DNA of 64,000 bases from Pelagomonas calceolata (Eukaryota): contig CAKKNE010000001.1 of NCBI GenBank assembly GCA_918797485.1, positions 3,100,001 through 3,164,000 of the forward strand, written 5' to 3'. The notes below the pieces were generated by a model. It did not search any database and had not been told where the DNA came from. It worked only from the letters and a program-made list of their open reading frames with translations. Made by a program: the position numbers and the translations under genes. Shown here in pieces: positions 41,177 through 52,553 of the stretch (position 1 is the stretch's first letter; the number at the start of each line of letters is the position of its first letter).

Positions 41177-42607
41177 TCATAGTATCGTCTTGAGTCCCGG
41201 GAGCTGGGCCAGCGAGTACGCGAGCGGCCAGACGACCAACAGGCTCACGACCGCGACGAAGGCAAACCCCACCGGATAATTGACGCCGTCGCCGGCGAGT
41301 TTGAGGTAGACCCGCGTCGCGGCCGTGACGACGAGGGGGTGCAACAGATAGACGCCGAATGCCCCCCGCGCCAGGAACCGCGTCACCCGCGTTTCGACGT
41401 TTCCCCATCGTTGAAAAGTGAGCAACACCAGCAGACTCATGTCGAGGCAGAACATGCCGGCTAGCATGACGACGACCAGCCCGAACTTGTCGACGTCCAG
41501 CGACGCGACGGCTATCCCGGCGGCCTCGACGACCACGAAGGTTAACAGTACTAACGGATGGACGTCGAGCTGCTCGGCCAGCGGCCGTTCGAGCCATCCT
41601 TGTTTCTTCGCCTGGAGGCCGAGGTAGAACATGAGGAAATCACAAGTCACGGACCCTATCGAGACCGGCATCGACGCGAAGGAGCCCTTCGTGAGCACCA
41701 GAAACGGCAGCAGCGCAAGCCCACAAATTCCCAGCCCGGCCCCAATACGGAAGACCGTGGACAGAAGCAAACGGGGCCCGCGCGCCGCCGTCGGCGCCGC
41801 GTCGGCGCCCGTGAGCGCTTCGGCGAGCGCCTCGTCGACGGGCGGATTTACTGATTGGAACGATGCGTACACCACATTGAACAGGAGGAGCCACCACAGG
41901 TACCAACCGACCCCTGGGCTCGGGGCGTAAGTCAGGTTCCCGGCGACCAACGTGGTCAACGGCGACGCGACGAGGAGGACGGCGAGGGCCGGGACCAATA
42001 GGCGCCGCCTTTTGTTCGCTTGGAACGTCGGCCAACCCCCTTTCGCGTAGCTCGTGGGCACGAAGTAGGCGCTGACGAAGAAGAACAACGTCATGAAATA
42101 AGCCTGATTCAGGGTCACAAACGTCTTCACGCAAAAGCGGAAGGCGCGCGGGCCGCCGCCGCCCTTAACGATAAGGTACCAGGTGCCCTCACCGCAGGCC
42201 CCGAAGGCGCACGCGCAGTGGTGGAGGACCACCAGGGCCGTCAGGAAAACTTTCACGTTGTCGAGGAAGGGGAGGCGCGCCGCGGCCACGGGCGCGGCCT
42301 CGGCTGGCGCGCTGCGGCGGAGCTCGGCGCTCGGCGACCGGAGCGGGCGCAGCTTCGGCGTTTGCTCAGACGCATTGAGCGGGTTGGCCGTCGTTGGTTC
42401 GTCCTCGTCCGGGTGTTGGACCTCGATGTCTACGTCCTCGGCATGGCTGTCATTGATTTGTTGCGGACCCTTCCGGCCCGTAAACGCGACAGTTGTGAAC
42501 ACGATCAACAGCACGGTCAATACTACCTCCCCCAGAGCTAGGTGCACCGCTACCCCTGCGAGCAATAGGCATGCCCAAGCGGTGATCGTTTGCCAGGCGG
42601 CTGCCAT
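41177..42607 (-). CDS. Acyltransferase family 3 (OpgC/MdoC-like) membrane protein
   Basis: RLPFLDNVKVFLTALVVLHH, YFMTLFFFVSAYF, KRRRLLVP, WYLWWLLLF, AFGVYLLHP. Confidence 0.9.
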   Translation of the reverse strand: MAAAWQTITAWACLLLAGVAVHLALGEVVLTVLLIVFTTVAFTGRKGPQQINDSHAEDVDIEVQHPDEDEPTTANPLNASEQTPKLRPLRSPSAELRRSAPAEAAPVAAARLPFLDNVKVFLTALVVLHHCACAFGACGEGTWYLIVKGGGGPRAFRFCVKTFVTLNQAYFMTLFFFVSAYFVPTSYAKGGWPTFQANKRRRLLVPALAVLLVASPLTTLVAGNLTYAPSPGVGWYLWWLLLFNVVYASFQSVNPPVDEALAEALTGADAAPTAARGPRLLLSTVFRIGAGLGICGLALLPFLVLTKGSFASMPVSIGSVTCDFLMFYLGLQAKKQGWLERPLAEQLDVHPLVLLTFVVVEAAGIAVASLDVDKFGLVVVMLAGMFCLDMSLLVLLTFQRWGNVETRVTRFLARGAFGVYLLHPLVVTAATRVYLKLAGDGVNYPVGFAFVAVVSLLVVWPLAYSLAQLPGLKTIL

Positions 42608-42845
42608 CGTGTAGACTTCACTCCTAAAACACTCTAAGCAGTAGCAATCCTAGGCACAAGGAGTTTTGCCGGAGCCTCCTAGTGTGTTACGTACCGCTAG
42701 CTATATTATTATTTTTGCGCCGGCGGCGTTGGGCTGGCCTTGGCGCACGCAGCGCGCCCCCCGGGCCGTCGATCGAACGGTTGGTGCCACAGCAAGCTAC
42801 CGAGGCTGCCCCAAACGCCACCGACGCGAAACCATAAAGGACAGG

Positions 42846-43796
42846 ATGCCTAGGGCCGATGGCACCCTCAACGCCCGGGAGAAGGCCGCGGACATATGGC
42901 AGCAACAACATTGGGTCGACGCCGACGGCGACCCCGCGATCAACCGCGTCCAGTCGTACCCCGGCACGTACGTCCGCGAGCCGTCGGCGATGCTCCGGGG
43001 GAACTTTTCGTTATCGTCCTTCGGCACGCCGGAGGAGGTCATCTGGTGGGCGGCGCACGAGAACGAGTGCGATATATTAATGTCGCTGGCGCTAGACAGG
43101 AGGTTAGATATCAACTGGCGGAACGAGCACGGGTGCTCGGCGTTTTATATTGCCGTGGTCAAGGGCCACATCGATGCGGTCCAGACTCTCTTAGGACTAA
43201 ACAGAGACGACTTCGACTATGACCTCGTGTGTCCGCGGGCGTTGGACGCGTCGCCGTTCTGGGCGGCGGCGCGGAAGGGCGACGCCGCGATGATTAAGGT
43301 CTTGCTCGAGGAGTCGCCGTGCGACTTCGAGAAGGCGAACAAGCACGGCATCACGCCCGTCGCGGCCGCGCGCGAGGCTGGGCACGACGACGTCGTCTTA
43401 TTGATAGAAAGGCGGAAGCGGAAGCTCGCGGGCGTCGCCGACTGGCCCTCCTACAAGCCGCCGTCGCGGGAGAAGCTGCCTTCCATACCCTCCGTGCGGC
43501 CGCCCCTTTCCACCGAATGCGACCCCGGCATGCGCCTGCGCCGCGAGCGCAAGTCGATTGATGAATTAGACGCCGACCGCGAGGCCAACGGCTGGGTCTG
43601 CAAGGTCTGCGGCCGCCGGAACGCGGCGAGCGACTTCCGCGAGCCGCTCTGCCGCGTCTGCAAGGTGCCGCCCGACTACGACGGCGGCTACACGGCCGCC
43701 GAGGAGCGGCGCCGCGTCGAGCGCGGGCCGGACCTCCATGCGTCGCGGCGGACGCAGCGGCGCGTGTCAGAGATGCGCCTCGGGTACAAATTGTGA
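42846..43796 (+). CDS. Ankyrin-repeat protein with RanBP2-type zinc finger
   Basis: [54 protein letters not shown]...CRVC. Confidence 0.85.
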   Translation: MPRADGTLNAREKAADIWQQQHWVDADGDPAINRVQSYPGTYVREPSAMLRGNFSLSSFGTPEEVIWWAAHENECDILMSLALDRRLDINWRNEHGCSAFYIAVVKGHIDAVQTLLGLNRDDFDYDLVCPRALDASPFWAAARKGDAAMIKVLLEESPCDFEKANKHGITPVAAAREAGHDDVVLLIERRKRKLAGVADWPSYKPPSREKLPSIPSVRPPLSTECDPGMRLRRERKSIDELDADREANGWVCKVCGRRNAASDFREPLCRVCKVPPDYDGGYTAAEERRRVERGPDLHASRRTQRRVSEMRLGYKL

Positions 43797-43803
43797 TAAT
43801 GTT

Positions 43804-44409
43804 TTACGGGGGGAAGTCTATCCTCTCGATGCGCTCGAGCGCCGCGAGCGCGTCGGCCGCGTTCGCCGCGCCCGCGCTCTTTAGTTTGGCCATCTCGCGC
43901 AGCATGCGCTTCGCCTCCGGCAGCATGGCCCCGAACTCGGCCTCGTCGTCACTATTGTCGTCGCGCCGCTCCATGGTCTCGTCGACGAGCCAGCGGTGGC
44001 CGCAGAAATCCATGTGCGACCACGCCAGGTATTTCTCCGACGACGGCTGCGCGCCGTCCTTCCGCAGGCCCCGCGCCCGCTCGTCGACCTCGTGCAGCAC
44101 CCAGGTCTGGCCCGCGAAATCCTCGTAGTCCAAGCAAATGATCAAGTCGCCGTGCGCCAGGACATATGGTAAGGGCTTGCCGTAGGGGTCGCCGGGCTCG
44201 GCGAAGCATTTCAGGTTCGCGTGGCGGCTCTCGCCTCGCCTATTCATCGCCGGCCCGCGCACCGTGAGCAGTTTGCGGAACATGGGGTGCGACGCGTCGA
44301 TGCTGCGCTCGGCGGGCGCGGCCTGGCAGCGTACACGCTGTGGTTTTGTCGTCGGCGGCACGAGGGCTGCTGCCAGGCCGCAGACCAGGGCGGCGCGTCG
44401 AGCAGCCAT
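43804..44409 (-). CDS. Hypothetical protein with bipartite plastid-type leader
   Basis: MAARRAALVCGLAAA-LVPP; host-like codon usage. Confidence 0.7.
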   Translation of the reverse strand: MAARRAALVCGLAAALVPPTTKPQRVRCQAAPAERSIDASHPMFRKLLTVRGPAMNRRGESRHANLKCFAEPGDPYGKPLPYVLAHGDLIICLDYEDFAGQTWVLHEVDERARGLRKDGAQPSSEKYLAWSHMDFCGHRWLVDETMERRDDNSDDEAEFGAMLPEAKRMLREMAKLKSAGAANAADALAALERIERIDFPP

Positions 44410-44656
44410 CTTGGCGGCAGGCGTAAGAGCAGGCTTGCACTGCGGCCTCGTTCTCGCGGCTGCAGAGGCGACAGCTCGAACCCACGATGCGCTGGACACG
44501 AACGAGTGCAGCTGTACGCGGTCGTCAATGTGTGCTGCCGCAAAACTCTAGCATGTAACTACGCTAGCAAAATCGACGCGCCAGACGCCGTCGCGAATCA
44601 AAAAAATACACAAGAAAAATATCACACAAGCATCTTATCAAACACAGGATCCGCGG

Positions 44657-45523
44657 TCACCCCTTCCGCCGCCCGACGCCCGCCGCACGCGGCCGCCGGA
44701 ACCACCAGCGCCGCGGCGCTTTCGCGTAGCGGCCCAGCGCGGCGTCGACGCGGCGAAAGCGCCGTTTTATTTTCGCCGGTTCCACGTCGTCGGCGCAGGC
44801 CGGGGTCGAGCAATAGAGCGAGGACACGGTGTCGTCGCGCGCGAGGCCCCGCGCCATCCCACCCGTCGTGTCGCGCTCCGTGAGCGGCTCGTAGACCTCG
44901 CTCTTGGTCTTGACGCGGACCTTCTCCAATTTCAGGGACGGGAGCGGCTCGCTCGGCAGTTTTGGCAACCCCGGCTTCGGCGGCACGGGCCGCAGACCGC
45001 TGGCCCCCACGGGCGGCGCGGGAGCCGGCGGCGGGTGCGCGTCTTCCGTCGGAAACTTCAACCCTTTGGCGACGGGCGGCCGGTTGAGCTTGACGACGGG
45101 GCGCTCGTTCGCCGGCTTCGGCGGTAATAATCCTTCGGCGAGGGGCCCGAGCCACGAGGCCCTGTCGCCCAATGTAATATTGGAGAAGGAGTCCTGGTCG
45201 CGCCGCGCCGCCGCGACGCGCTTCAGCTCGCGATCCACATCATCGAAGCCGAAGGCGGAGAACTGGCGCCGCAGCTTGGCCAATTGTAACGCTTTGAGGA
45301 GCTCCTTCTTGCGCAGGCGCTTGCGCTGGGTGTCCTCGGTCTGGCGCTCGGTCTGGCGGCGCTTCGCCTCGTCGACGCGGCGCTGGATGTCGAAGGGCAG
45401 GTCCTGGGGCACGTTCGGCGGCTCGGCGCGTATGATTGTTCTTGGTCGTCGTGAGGGCGTCGCGACGCTTGCGACGAGGCTCTGTCCGACGGCGAACACC
45501 AATGCGAGCACATATCGTGGCAT
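44657..45523 (-). CDS. Hypothetical protein with signal/transit leader, coiled coil and Pro-rich region
   Basis: MPRYVLALVFAVGQS-LV; long GC3-rich ORF. Confidence 0.65.
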   Translation of the reverse strand: MPRYVLALVFAVGQSLVASVATPSRRPRTIIRAEPPNVPQDLPFDIQRRVDEAKRRQTERQTEDTQRKRLRKKELLKALQLAKLRRQFSAFGFDDVDRELKRVAAARRDQDSFSNITLGDRASWLGPLAEGLLPPKPANERPVVKLNRPPVAKGLKFPTEDAHPPPAPAPPVGASGLRPVPPKPGLPKLPSEPLPSLKLEKVRVKTKSEVYEPLTERDTTGGMARGLARDDTVSSLYCSTPACADDVEPAKIKRRFRRVDAALGRYAKAPRRWWFRRPRAAGVGRRKG

Positions 45524-45895
45524 CTCTGCTTTTGGGCGACACGACGGCAGCTGTAGTGTCGCTGCACGTATCGCGGCAACTTTAGGCAGGCGCTGAGCGA
45601 GCCCCAGCGATATTTGATGTCTATTCCAGCCCAGTCTAGCAGTTGCACGTACGAGCACGCCCCAACGTGGCTTAGCGTAGTAACACACTAGATTTTGCCT
45701 CGAGGACTCATTGGACCCGTACAGCTGCATAAGCACGTGTTGAGTGTGCTCAGCAGCTAAGTGATACCCCTGAATACGCAGCATCGAGCTCTTGTCACGA
45801 AAAGCCTGCCGCGCGCCACCCAGTGGCCACAGTGCAGCCTACACCTGCTAGACAGCCCCGACGCCGTCGCCGCGACGCGAGGTAAGAAGTGATCG

Positions 45896-46546
45896 ATGGC
45901 CAACCGCGGCCGCCCCGCGCCGTCAGTACGAGAAGTAGCAGGATGGATCGTCGCCAGCGTGCTACTAATAGCCCTCTTCGCCCAGCGCACGCAGCCCTGC
46001 CCCTACGTCTGGCACGGCGGCGCGCCGAGCGGCGAGCCGCGCGGCAGCTGCTGGGTAGGGAACGACGGCTACGCCATGTGCACGCCGTCTCTCGCCATCG
46101 ATCTAGTGATAGAGTCGGGCGACGACGCCGTCGTGCTCGTGAGGCGCGGCGATAATGGCAAGTACGCGACGATGGGCGGTTTTGTCGACGTGGGAGAGGA
46201 CCCGCGCGACGCCGTGGCGCGCGAGCTGCGCGAGGAGACGGCGCTGGAGCTCGCGGCGCCTCCCCTCTTGCTTGGTGTGTTCGGGGACCCGCGGCGCGAC
46301 CCGCGGCGGCACACCGTATCCGCCGTGTACGTCGCGCGGACAGTTGGAAAGCCGCATCCTGGGAGTGATGCGCGCGCCGTTGTGAAGGTGCCCGTGGCGA
46401 AGCTGCGCGGCCTCGACTACGCCTTCGACCACGCTGCCATTATCGAGGACTACCTGGTGTGGAGGAGGCGCGCGCGGGGCACGTTCCCGCGCGACGCGGA
46501 GCCGTTCCGCGGGGGGGCGCCGGTCAGTCGGGACTCGTGTACTTGA
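45896..46546 (+). CDS. Nudix hydrolase (ADP-ribose pyrophosphatase-like) with N-terminal TM anchor
   Basis: Nudix box GGFVDVGEDPRDAVARELREET; GDPRRDPRRHTVS, GSDA, AFDH. Confidence 0.93.
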   Translation: MANRGRPAPSVREVAGWIVASVLLIALFAQRTQPCPYVWHGGAPSGEPRGSCWVGNDGYAMCTPSLAIDLVIESGDDAVVLVRRGDNGKYATMGGFVDVGEDPRDAVARELREETALELAAPPLLLGVFGDPRRDPRRHTVSAVYVARTVGKPHPGSDARAVVKVPVAKLRGLDYAFDHAAIIEDYLVWRRRARGTFPRDAEPFRGGAPVSRDSCT

Positions 46547-46694
46547 GTCAACGTCGCGTTGATGGCGTTGAGCAATCATGTACTTGAGGGATTATACTAC
46601 CCCTCCACGCCGTCGAGCAAACGTCTCGCGTATGTAAGTTTGTGGTGTTTTATCTTATCATATTACACATGACCCCAGAGAGGGAGAAGAGAGC

Positions 46695-47252
46695 CTAGGA
46701 GAAGCCCGTGCAGCCGCACGCCGGCAGGCCGCACTCGTCGCCGCCGTCCTCGTCGAGCCGCTTCTCGCCCACCACCACCGACCCGTCGCGCGACGTCGGC
46801 GAGCTGTTGGACGCGGCGGAAGACCGCCGCTTCCACGAGAGGCGCTCGGCCTTGACGCCCTTGTTCGACCTGTGTGGAAATCAACCAGAGCGTCGGGTGC
46901 CGCATCACCACGCCAGCGAGCAGGCGTCGCGGCGATGGCGTGGAGGACGACGCGATGATTCCCACACAGAGTTCGACGCGTACGAGGCCATGACCTCGCG
47001 CATCGGCGTGCCGCGCTTGACGCGCATGACCGTGATCTCGCCCGTCTTCTTGTTGTGCGCGCGCACGGTGATCATGCCGTCGTCGCCGGATGATGGCGCC
47101 GCCGCGGACGGCCGTTTGCTCGTCGACGTCACGGAGTTCGTGCTGCTCGTCACGGAGTTCTTGCTGTCGTTCGTCGGCACGCGCGCCGGGCGGAAGCTCA
47201 GCTCCGACATCGATTTCAGCTTTTCGGAGCCTCCTGTCTCGTAATGATGCAC
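46695..47252 (-). CDS. Small protein with partial SUMO/Rad60-like domain; exons 47252-46978 and 46869-46695
   Basis: Spliced ITVRAHNKKTGEITVMRVKRGTPMREVMASYA|SNKGVKAERLSW resembles the SUMO fold N-half. Confidence 0.7.
46862..46977 (-). mobile_element. Introner element (46870-46969) with TIR and 8-bp TSD GTCGAACT/GTCGAACA; intron 46870-46977
   Basis: Minus strand GTCGAACT-CTGTGTGGGAATCA...TGATTTCCACACAG-GTCGAACA; removal eliminates the in-frame stop. Confidence 0.9.
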
Positions 47253-47617
47253 GGATGCGGACGTTACGAGCGCTTTCAGAGCGTTCGGCCAGGTGCGGTT
47301 TCAAAGAGGATATGAATCGGTTGCGCTTCGCCGCAGCGCGGAATCGCAGCGCGTGGGTCGGTGGTGCTGCCTCAAGGAACAAACAGGCCAAGATCCCCTA
47401 CAGCGCGGCTCAAAAGCTGCCAACCAATCAATTGGGCTGCGCCGAACCCGTTTTGCGGGCCTTTTGATAGGCCACGGTCTTGAAAGGTATTTCGTCGCTC
47501 CTGGTTCGGGACGGAGGCCTCTCTACGCACGCCGACCCCTTCGAGAACGGAAAACCCGTGGCCTCCAAAAAACGCGAGATCCCAGACCCAGCTTTTGCGC
47601 ATGAGAATCGGCTGAAG

Positions 47618-50600
47618 ATGTTACGAGGTAGTGCTACGCGCGCTGCGCGCGGCGCCAGACTAGCTCTGGCACCGCGCGCGCGCGCCCTTTCCGCGTTTCG
47701 AGACGCGTACTTGGTATACACCAGTGCATAGAAGGGCAGAAGACCGGGGTTTTGCGGGGCTCAGACGTTACCCGACGGCGCGCGCGCGCTCGCGCTCGAC
47801 CGCCGCCGCCCGCGCGCCGCCGCCAAGCCCGGAAACGGCATCAATGGCTCACTTTTTGGTAAACGCAGGCCCACGTCGAGGAGCGCGAGCAGGTCGGCAT
47901 CGTGCCCAAGCCGTTAGATGCCGCGCAGACCGCGGCGCTCGTCGAGCAGCTGAAACAGCCCGAGGACCCGCCCGAGTTCCTTTTAGAACTACTCAAGGAG
48001 CGCGTCCCGCCGGGCGTCGACGAGGCCGCGTACGTCAAAGCTTCGTTTTTAGCCGCTCTGGTCAAAGGCGACGTCAAGTCGCCGTTAGTCGATGCCAAAG
48101 AAGCTATGAGGTTATTAGGCACCATGCAGGGCGGCTACAACGTGGCCGCGTTAGTCGAAGGGCTAGAATTAGATGGAGAATTAGCCCAGATCGCCGCGGA
48201 CGCCCTCAAAACAACAACTTTAGTCTTCGACGCGTTCCACGACGTCGAGCAGCTCGCCCAAGCCGGCAACGCGAAGGCAAGGGAGGTCATGGAGTCCTGG
48301 GCGAACGCGGAGTGGTTTACCGGAAGAGAACCCTTACAAGAGAAGATCACGGTCACGGTCTTCAAGGTCACGGGAGAAACGAACACCGACGACTTGTCAC
48401 CCGCGCCGGACGCCTGGTCGCGGCCGGACATCCCCTTGCATGCCTTGGCCATGCTCAAGAACCCCAGGGACGGCATCGACCACGACGACGTCGCGGGGCA
48501 AATTGCGGGACTCAAGGAGCAGGGTTTTCCGTTAGCGTACGTCGGCGACGTCGTCGGTACCGGTAGTTCGCGCAAGTCGGCCACCAATAGCGTGCTGTGG
48601 TACATGGGCGACGACGTGCGGGGCCCGCGTCCCTTTCATCTTCTGCGCGAGACGAGAGGCCGAGAGAGGAGAATCGTGGCGACGACGTGCCAGCTCGACG
48701 CCATCGACGCGTGAGACAACGGCGTGCCGGGCGTCGACGCCGTCGCGGCGCGAGAGAGGCGCCATATCAACGCCACAACACACGCAGGTCCCCTGCGTCC
48801 CGAACAAGCGCGCCGGCTCCGTCTGCATCGGCGGCAAGATCGCGCCCATCTTCTTCAACACGATGGAGGACGCGGGCGCGTTGCCGCTCGAGATGGACGT
48901 GACGCAGATGAACATGGGCGACGTGATTGACGTCTACCCGTTTGAAGGTGTGGCGAAGCGCCACGGCACGGACGAAGTGCTCGCGGAGTTCTCCATGAAG
49001 ACGAACGTCATCCAGGACGAAGTCAGGGCGGGTGGTCGGATTCCCCTGATCATCGGGCGAGGGCTGACGGCGAAGGCTCGGGCTTCTCTCGGTATGGAGC
49101 CGTCTACGGTGTTTCAAGTTCCTGGTTCTCCGGAAGCGCCTCCTGGTTATACCTTAGCGCAGAAGATGGTCGGACGAGCTTGTGGTGTGGATGGTGTTGC
49201 GCCTGGGGTCTATTGCGAGCCGCTCATGACCACCGTCGGCTCGCAAGACACGACGGGCCCGATGACGCGCGACGAACTCAAGGACCTCGCGTGCCTCGGC
49301 TTCTCGGCAGACTTGGTGATGCAGTCCTTCTGCCACACGGCGGCCTACCCCAAGCCCGTGGACGTGGTCACGCATGCGACGTTACCGGACTTCATCCGGA
49401 CGAGGGGTGGCGTTTCCCTCCGACCGGGCGACGGCATCATCCACTCCTGGCTCAACCGCATGCTGTTACCTGATACCGTAGGTACAGGAGGGGACTCGCA
49501 CACGCGCTTCCCGGTCGGCATCTCCTTCCCGGCCGGATCTGGTTTAGTAGCTTTTGCCGCGGCTACTGGTGTGATGCCTTTGGATATGCCCGAGTCCGTG
49601 TTGGTGCGCTTCACGGGCGACATGCAGCCGGGCATCACGTTGCGCGATCTGGTGCATGCGATTCCCCACGCGGCGATCCAGCGCGGGTTGTTAACTGTGG
49701 AAAAGCAGGGCAAGAAGAACGTCTTTTCTGGAAGGGTTCTCGAGATCGAGGGGTTGGGCCACCTCAAGTGCGAGCAGGCCTTCGAGCTGTCGGACGCGTC
49801 TGCCGAAAGGTCCGCGGCCGGCTGCTCCATCAAGCTCGACCCTGAGCCGGTGTGTGAATACCTGCGGAGCAACATCGTCATGCTCAAGTGGATGGTCGCC
49901 GAGGGGTATGGGGACGCGCGGACCTTACAACGCCGCGTCGCGCGCATGGAGCAGTTCCTCGAGAACCCGGAGCTGCTGGAGGCCGATGCCAACGCGGAGT
50001 ACGCCGAAGTCATCGAAATTGATCTCAATGAAATCAAGGAGCCGATCCTCTGCGCGCCGAATGATCCGGACGACGCGCGGACGTTGTCGGACGTCGCCGG
50101 GACGAAGATCGACGAGGTCTTCCTCGGGTCGTGCATGACGAACATCGGCCACTTCCGGGCGGCCGGGAAGTTGCTTGACGCCGATGGCGGTGTCACGCCG
50201 ACGCGACTGTGGATCTCGCCCCCTACTAGGATGGACGCCGCGCAGCTCACCGAAGAAGGATATTATTCTATATTTGGCAAGGCCGGCGCGCGCATGGAGA
50301 TGCCCGGATGCTCGCTGTGCATGGGCAACCAGGCGCGCGTGGCCGATGCCGCGACGGTCGTGTCTACATCAACTAGAAACTTCCCGAACCGCCTGGGCAA
50401 GGGCGCGAACGTCTACCTGGCGTCGGCCGAATTGGCCGCGGTCGCGGCCCTGAAGGGCGAGCTGCCCACGCCCCAGGAGTACCTGGACGCGATGAAGACG
50501 ATCGACCCGACGGCCGCGGACACGTACCGCTACCTCAACTTCGACCAGCTGCCCGAGTTCACCGAGGCCGCGGACTTCGCCCTTGATGCCGAGGCGGAGG

Positions 50601-50626
50601 ACGAGGCCAAGGCCATCGCGGCCTAG
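47618..50626 (+). CDS. acnB: Aconitate hydratase B (bacterial AcnB type) with mitochondrial-type leader; exons 47618-47713, 47869-48615, 48788-50626
   Basis: [117 protein letters not shown]. Confidence 0.96.
48616..48787 (+). other. Intron 2 of acnB (172 nt) containing the ACGCCATCGACGCG motif but no intact TIR/TSD
   Basis: GTGCGG...ACACACGCAG; removal restores the AcnB frame. Confidence 0.9.
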
Positions 50627-50723
50627 GTCCTGTGCAGTCCCTCTCACCCCTTCCCCGCTCCCCCACATAAATCATCGTATATACTATCTAGCCGCTGTGG
50701 ACCTTCATCGTAGAATTACGCAT

Positions 50724-51107
50724 CTAGCGCTGCCGCAGTGCGAGACGTTTAGCTGCGATTTTCTTCTCGAGCTCCGCGCATCTGTCTTCCGCAATCATTC
50801 TCTTTATTTTCCAATTCAGGGCGTCTTCTCTCATACTATCCACACGCCTTTGTAAACGTGCTTTCTCCTTCTTGCACGATGCACGGAACTTAGCGCCGAA
50901 CTGGCGCGACGCCTCCCGCTTCGTCTTCTTGCAACAGATCCGGTCGCAAGGTGATTCCGGGTAATAATCAGGCGCCATGGCTTCTATTGTTTCGTCGTCT
51001 CCTAGCAAAAGTGCTAGCCAAAGTGGCCTAGTGCTATCCACGCGGCGCTTCTTGGGCGGCTTGCCCGCGAGGCCCGAGGCCTCGCGCGCGGCCTCGCTGG
51101 ACGACAT
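50724..51107 (-). CDS. Small basic coiled-coil hypothetical protein
   Basis: ATG ORF MSSSEAAREA...PPKKRR (NLS-like)...; no domain recognised. Confidence 0.45.
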   Translation of the reverse strand: MSSSEAAREASGLAGKPPKKRRVDSTRPLWLALLLGDDETIEAMAPDYYPESPCDRICCKKTKREASRQFGAKFRASCKKEKARLQRRVDSMREDALNWKIKRMIAEDRCAELEKKIAAKRLALRQR

Positions 51108-51670
51108 CACTGGAGTTGTTGCCTGGCGCAAGGTACCGTCTCACGCGCGGCGCTCTCTGGTTCGTGACCGCTTAAGTACTCTCTCTCTCTGGTTTGTTGG
51201 CAATTTGCTTGCTGCAAGCAAAGTGTGAGCCGTAGTCTCGGCGACAGTCTCGCGTATGGCCTCTCGTTCTGTCGTTCGTGCGTGTATTTGTGCGACGCGT
51301 GAACGCCGACGCGGGCCGGAACGTCGGTCGTGTCGAGCTTTGTTACTTTGTGGAGGCTGTCTGGCAGAGCACAAAGACAAGACAATAATGTGCCCGTGTG
51401 CGGGTTGGGGCGGCGCCTAACGAGGCTGTTCGCGAGCGAAAGGAGGTCTAGGATCGTGTATAGGCGGCTTGTGCGAATGGAGGAGTGCGCGTGTGTGGGA
51501 CGTCGCCGCGCTAGACCGGCGCGTAGAGCACACGTCGAGGGCGCACCGTGAGGAGGAGCGTCTGGGTATCGGTCCTAGATTTCAACTGCGTCGTAGACCC
51601 AACTTAGTGCAGCGTGCGCCCCCACTCCCGTCTATGGTGTGCGAATCGGTAAAGGGCGGAAAGTCTTTGG

Positions 51671-52302
51671 CCCAGCCCCGTGCGAGCGCAGCGAGCCTTC
51701 GGCTGGATGTTGCTAAAGGGTAACGTACTAGGATGCCATAGGCCGCAGCGTCGAAGCCAATGTCACACACAGGACCTGGACTTGTTCGTCATCCGATCTC
51801 GACGAACACGGCTTCGTCAGAACAACCTTCAGTCATCACGCGGTACAGCACGCTTGCGCCAGATGCTGCGTATGCGAGCAGTGGTGAAGAAACCTCGTTG
51901 GCCTCATTCGAGATTTTTTCGGCCGCCGCAGGGCTGCGCGCGGTCCGAAACCGCCGGCACGACCAGTCCACGACTCAAGGCTGTGCGTAGTCCACCGCAG
52001 TGCTCCCGCGCGCCACCTGACGCGTTGCTTTGCCGCGACGCGCCGAAACCGATTTTTACGGGGAATATACCGTCTTTGAGCGCTCAGAACTCTCCGCGTA
52101 CCGCTTCACAGCGCGTCAGATCAATAGCGCATAGTGCCAAGGTTGTAATCTTTGCGTGCGCGCAGCCACGCCCTCTAACTTTGTCCAGGTGGAGCGCATA
52201 TTTCGGGCACGCACCGCGCTCCACTGGCGGCCTATGGCATCCTAGTACGTTACCCTTTAGCAACATCCAGCCTCCGGCTCGCTGCGCTCGCACGGGGCTG
52301 GG
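51671..52302. mobile_element. Putative non-autonomous TIR element/foldback: 76-bp inverted arms 51671-51746 and 52227-52302 (73/76)
   Basis: CCCAGCCCCGTGCGAGCGCAGCGAGCC...GGATGCCATAGGCCGC and its reverse complement around a 480-bp non-coding spacer; no TSD identified. Confidence 0.6.
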
Positions 52303-52553
52303 AAAAAGGATTTTCGCGCGAGCTTCTTCAATACTCCCTATTTGCGACTCCAGACCACTCCGACGCCTCCGCGCGCCGCCGTGCCTTATCCCCCGGTCGA
52401 CGGTCTTCGCGGCGGGGAACGCGCGACGGGCAAATGTTGGATGGGGAGAGAGTAGTAAGCGGTCACTACTAGGCCTGGGGAAGGAGAAGAAGGCCAATAG
52501 CCGGGCGTGCGGTCAAGGAATAGTGCAGAGAGGGATAGTTAAGCGGGCGCACG

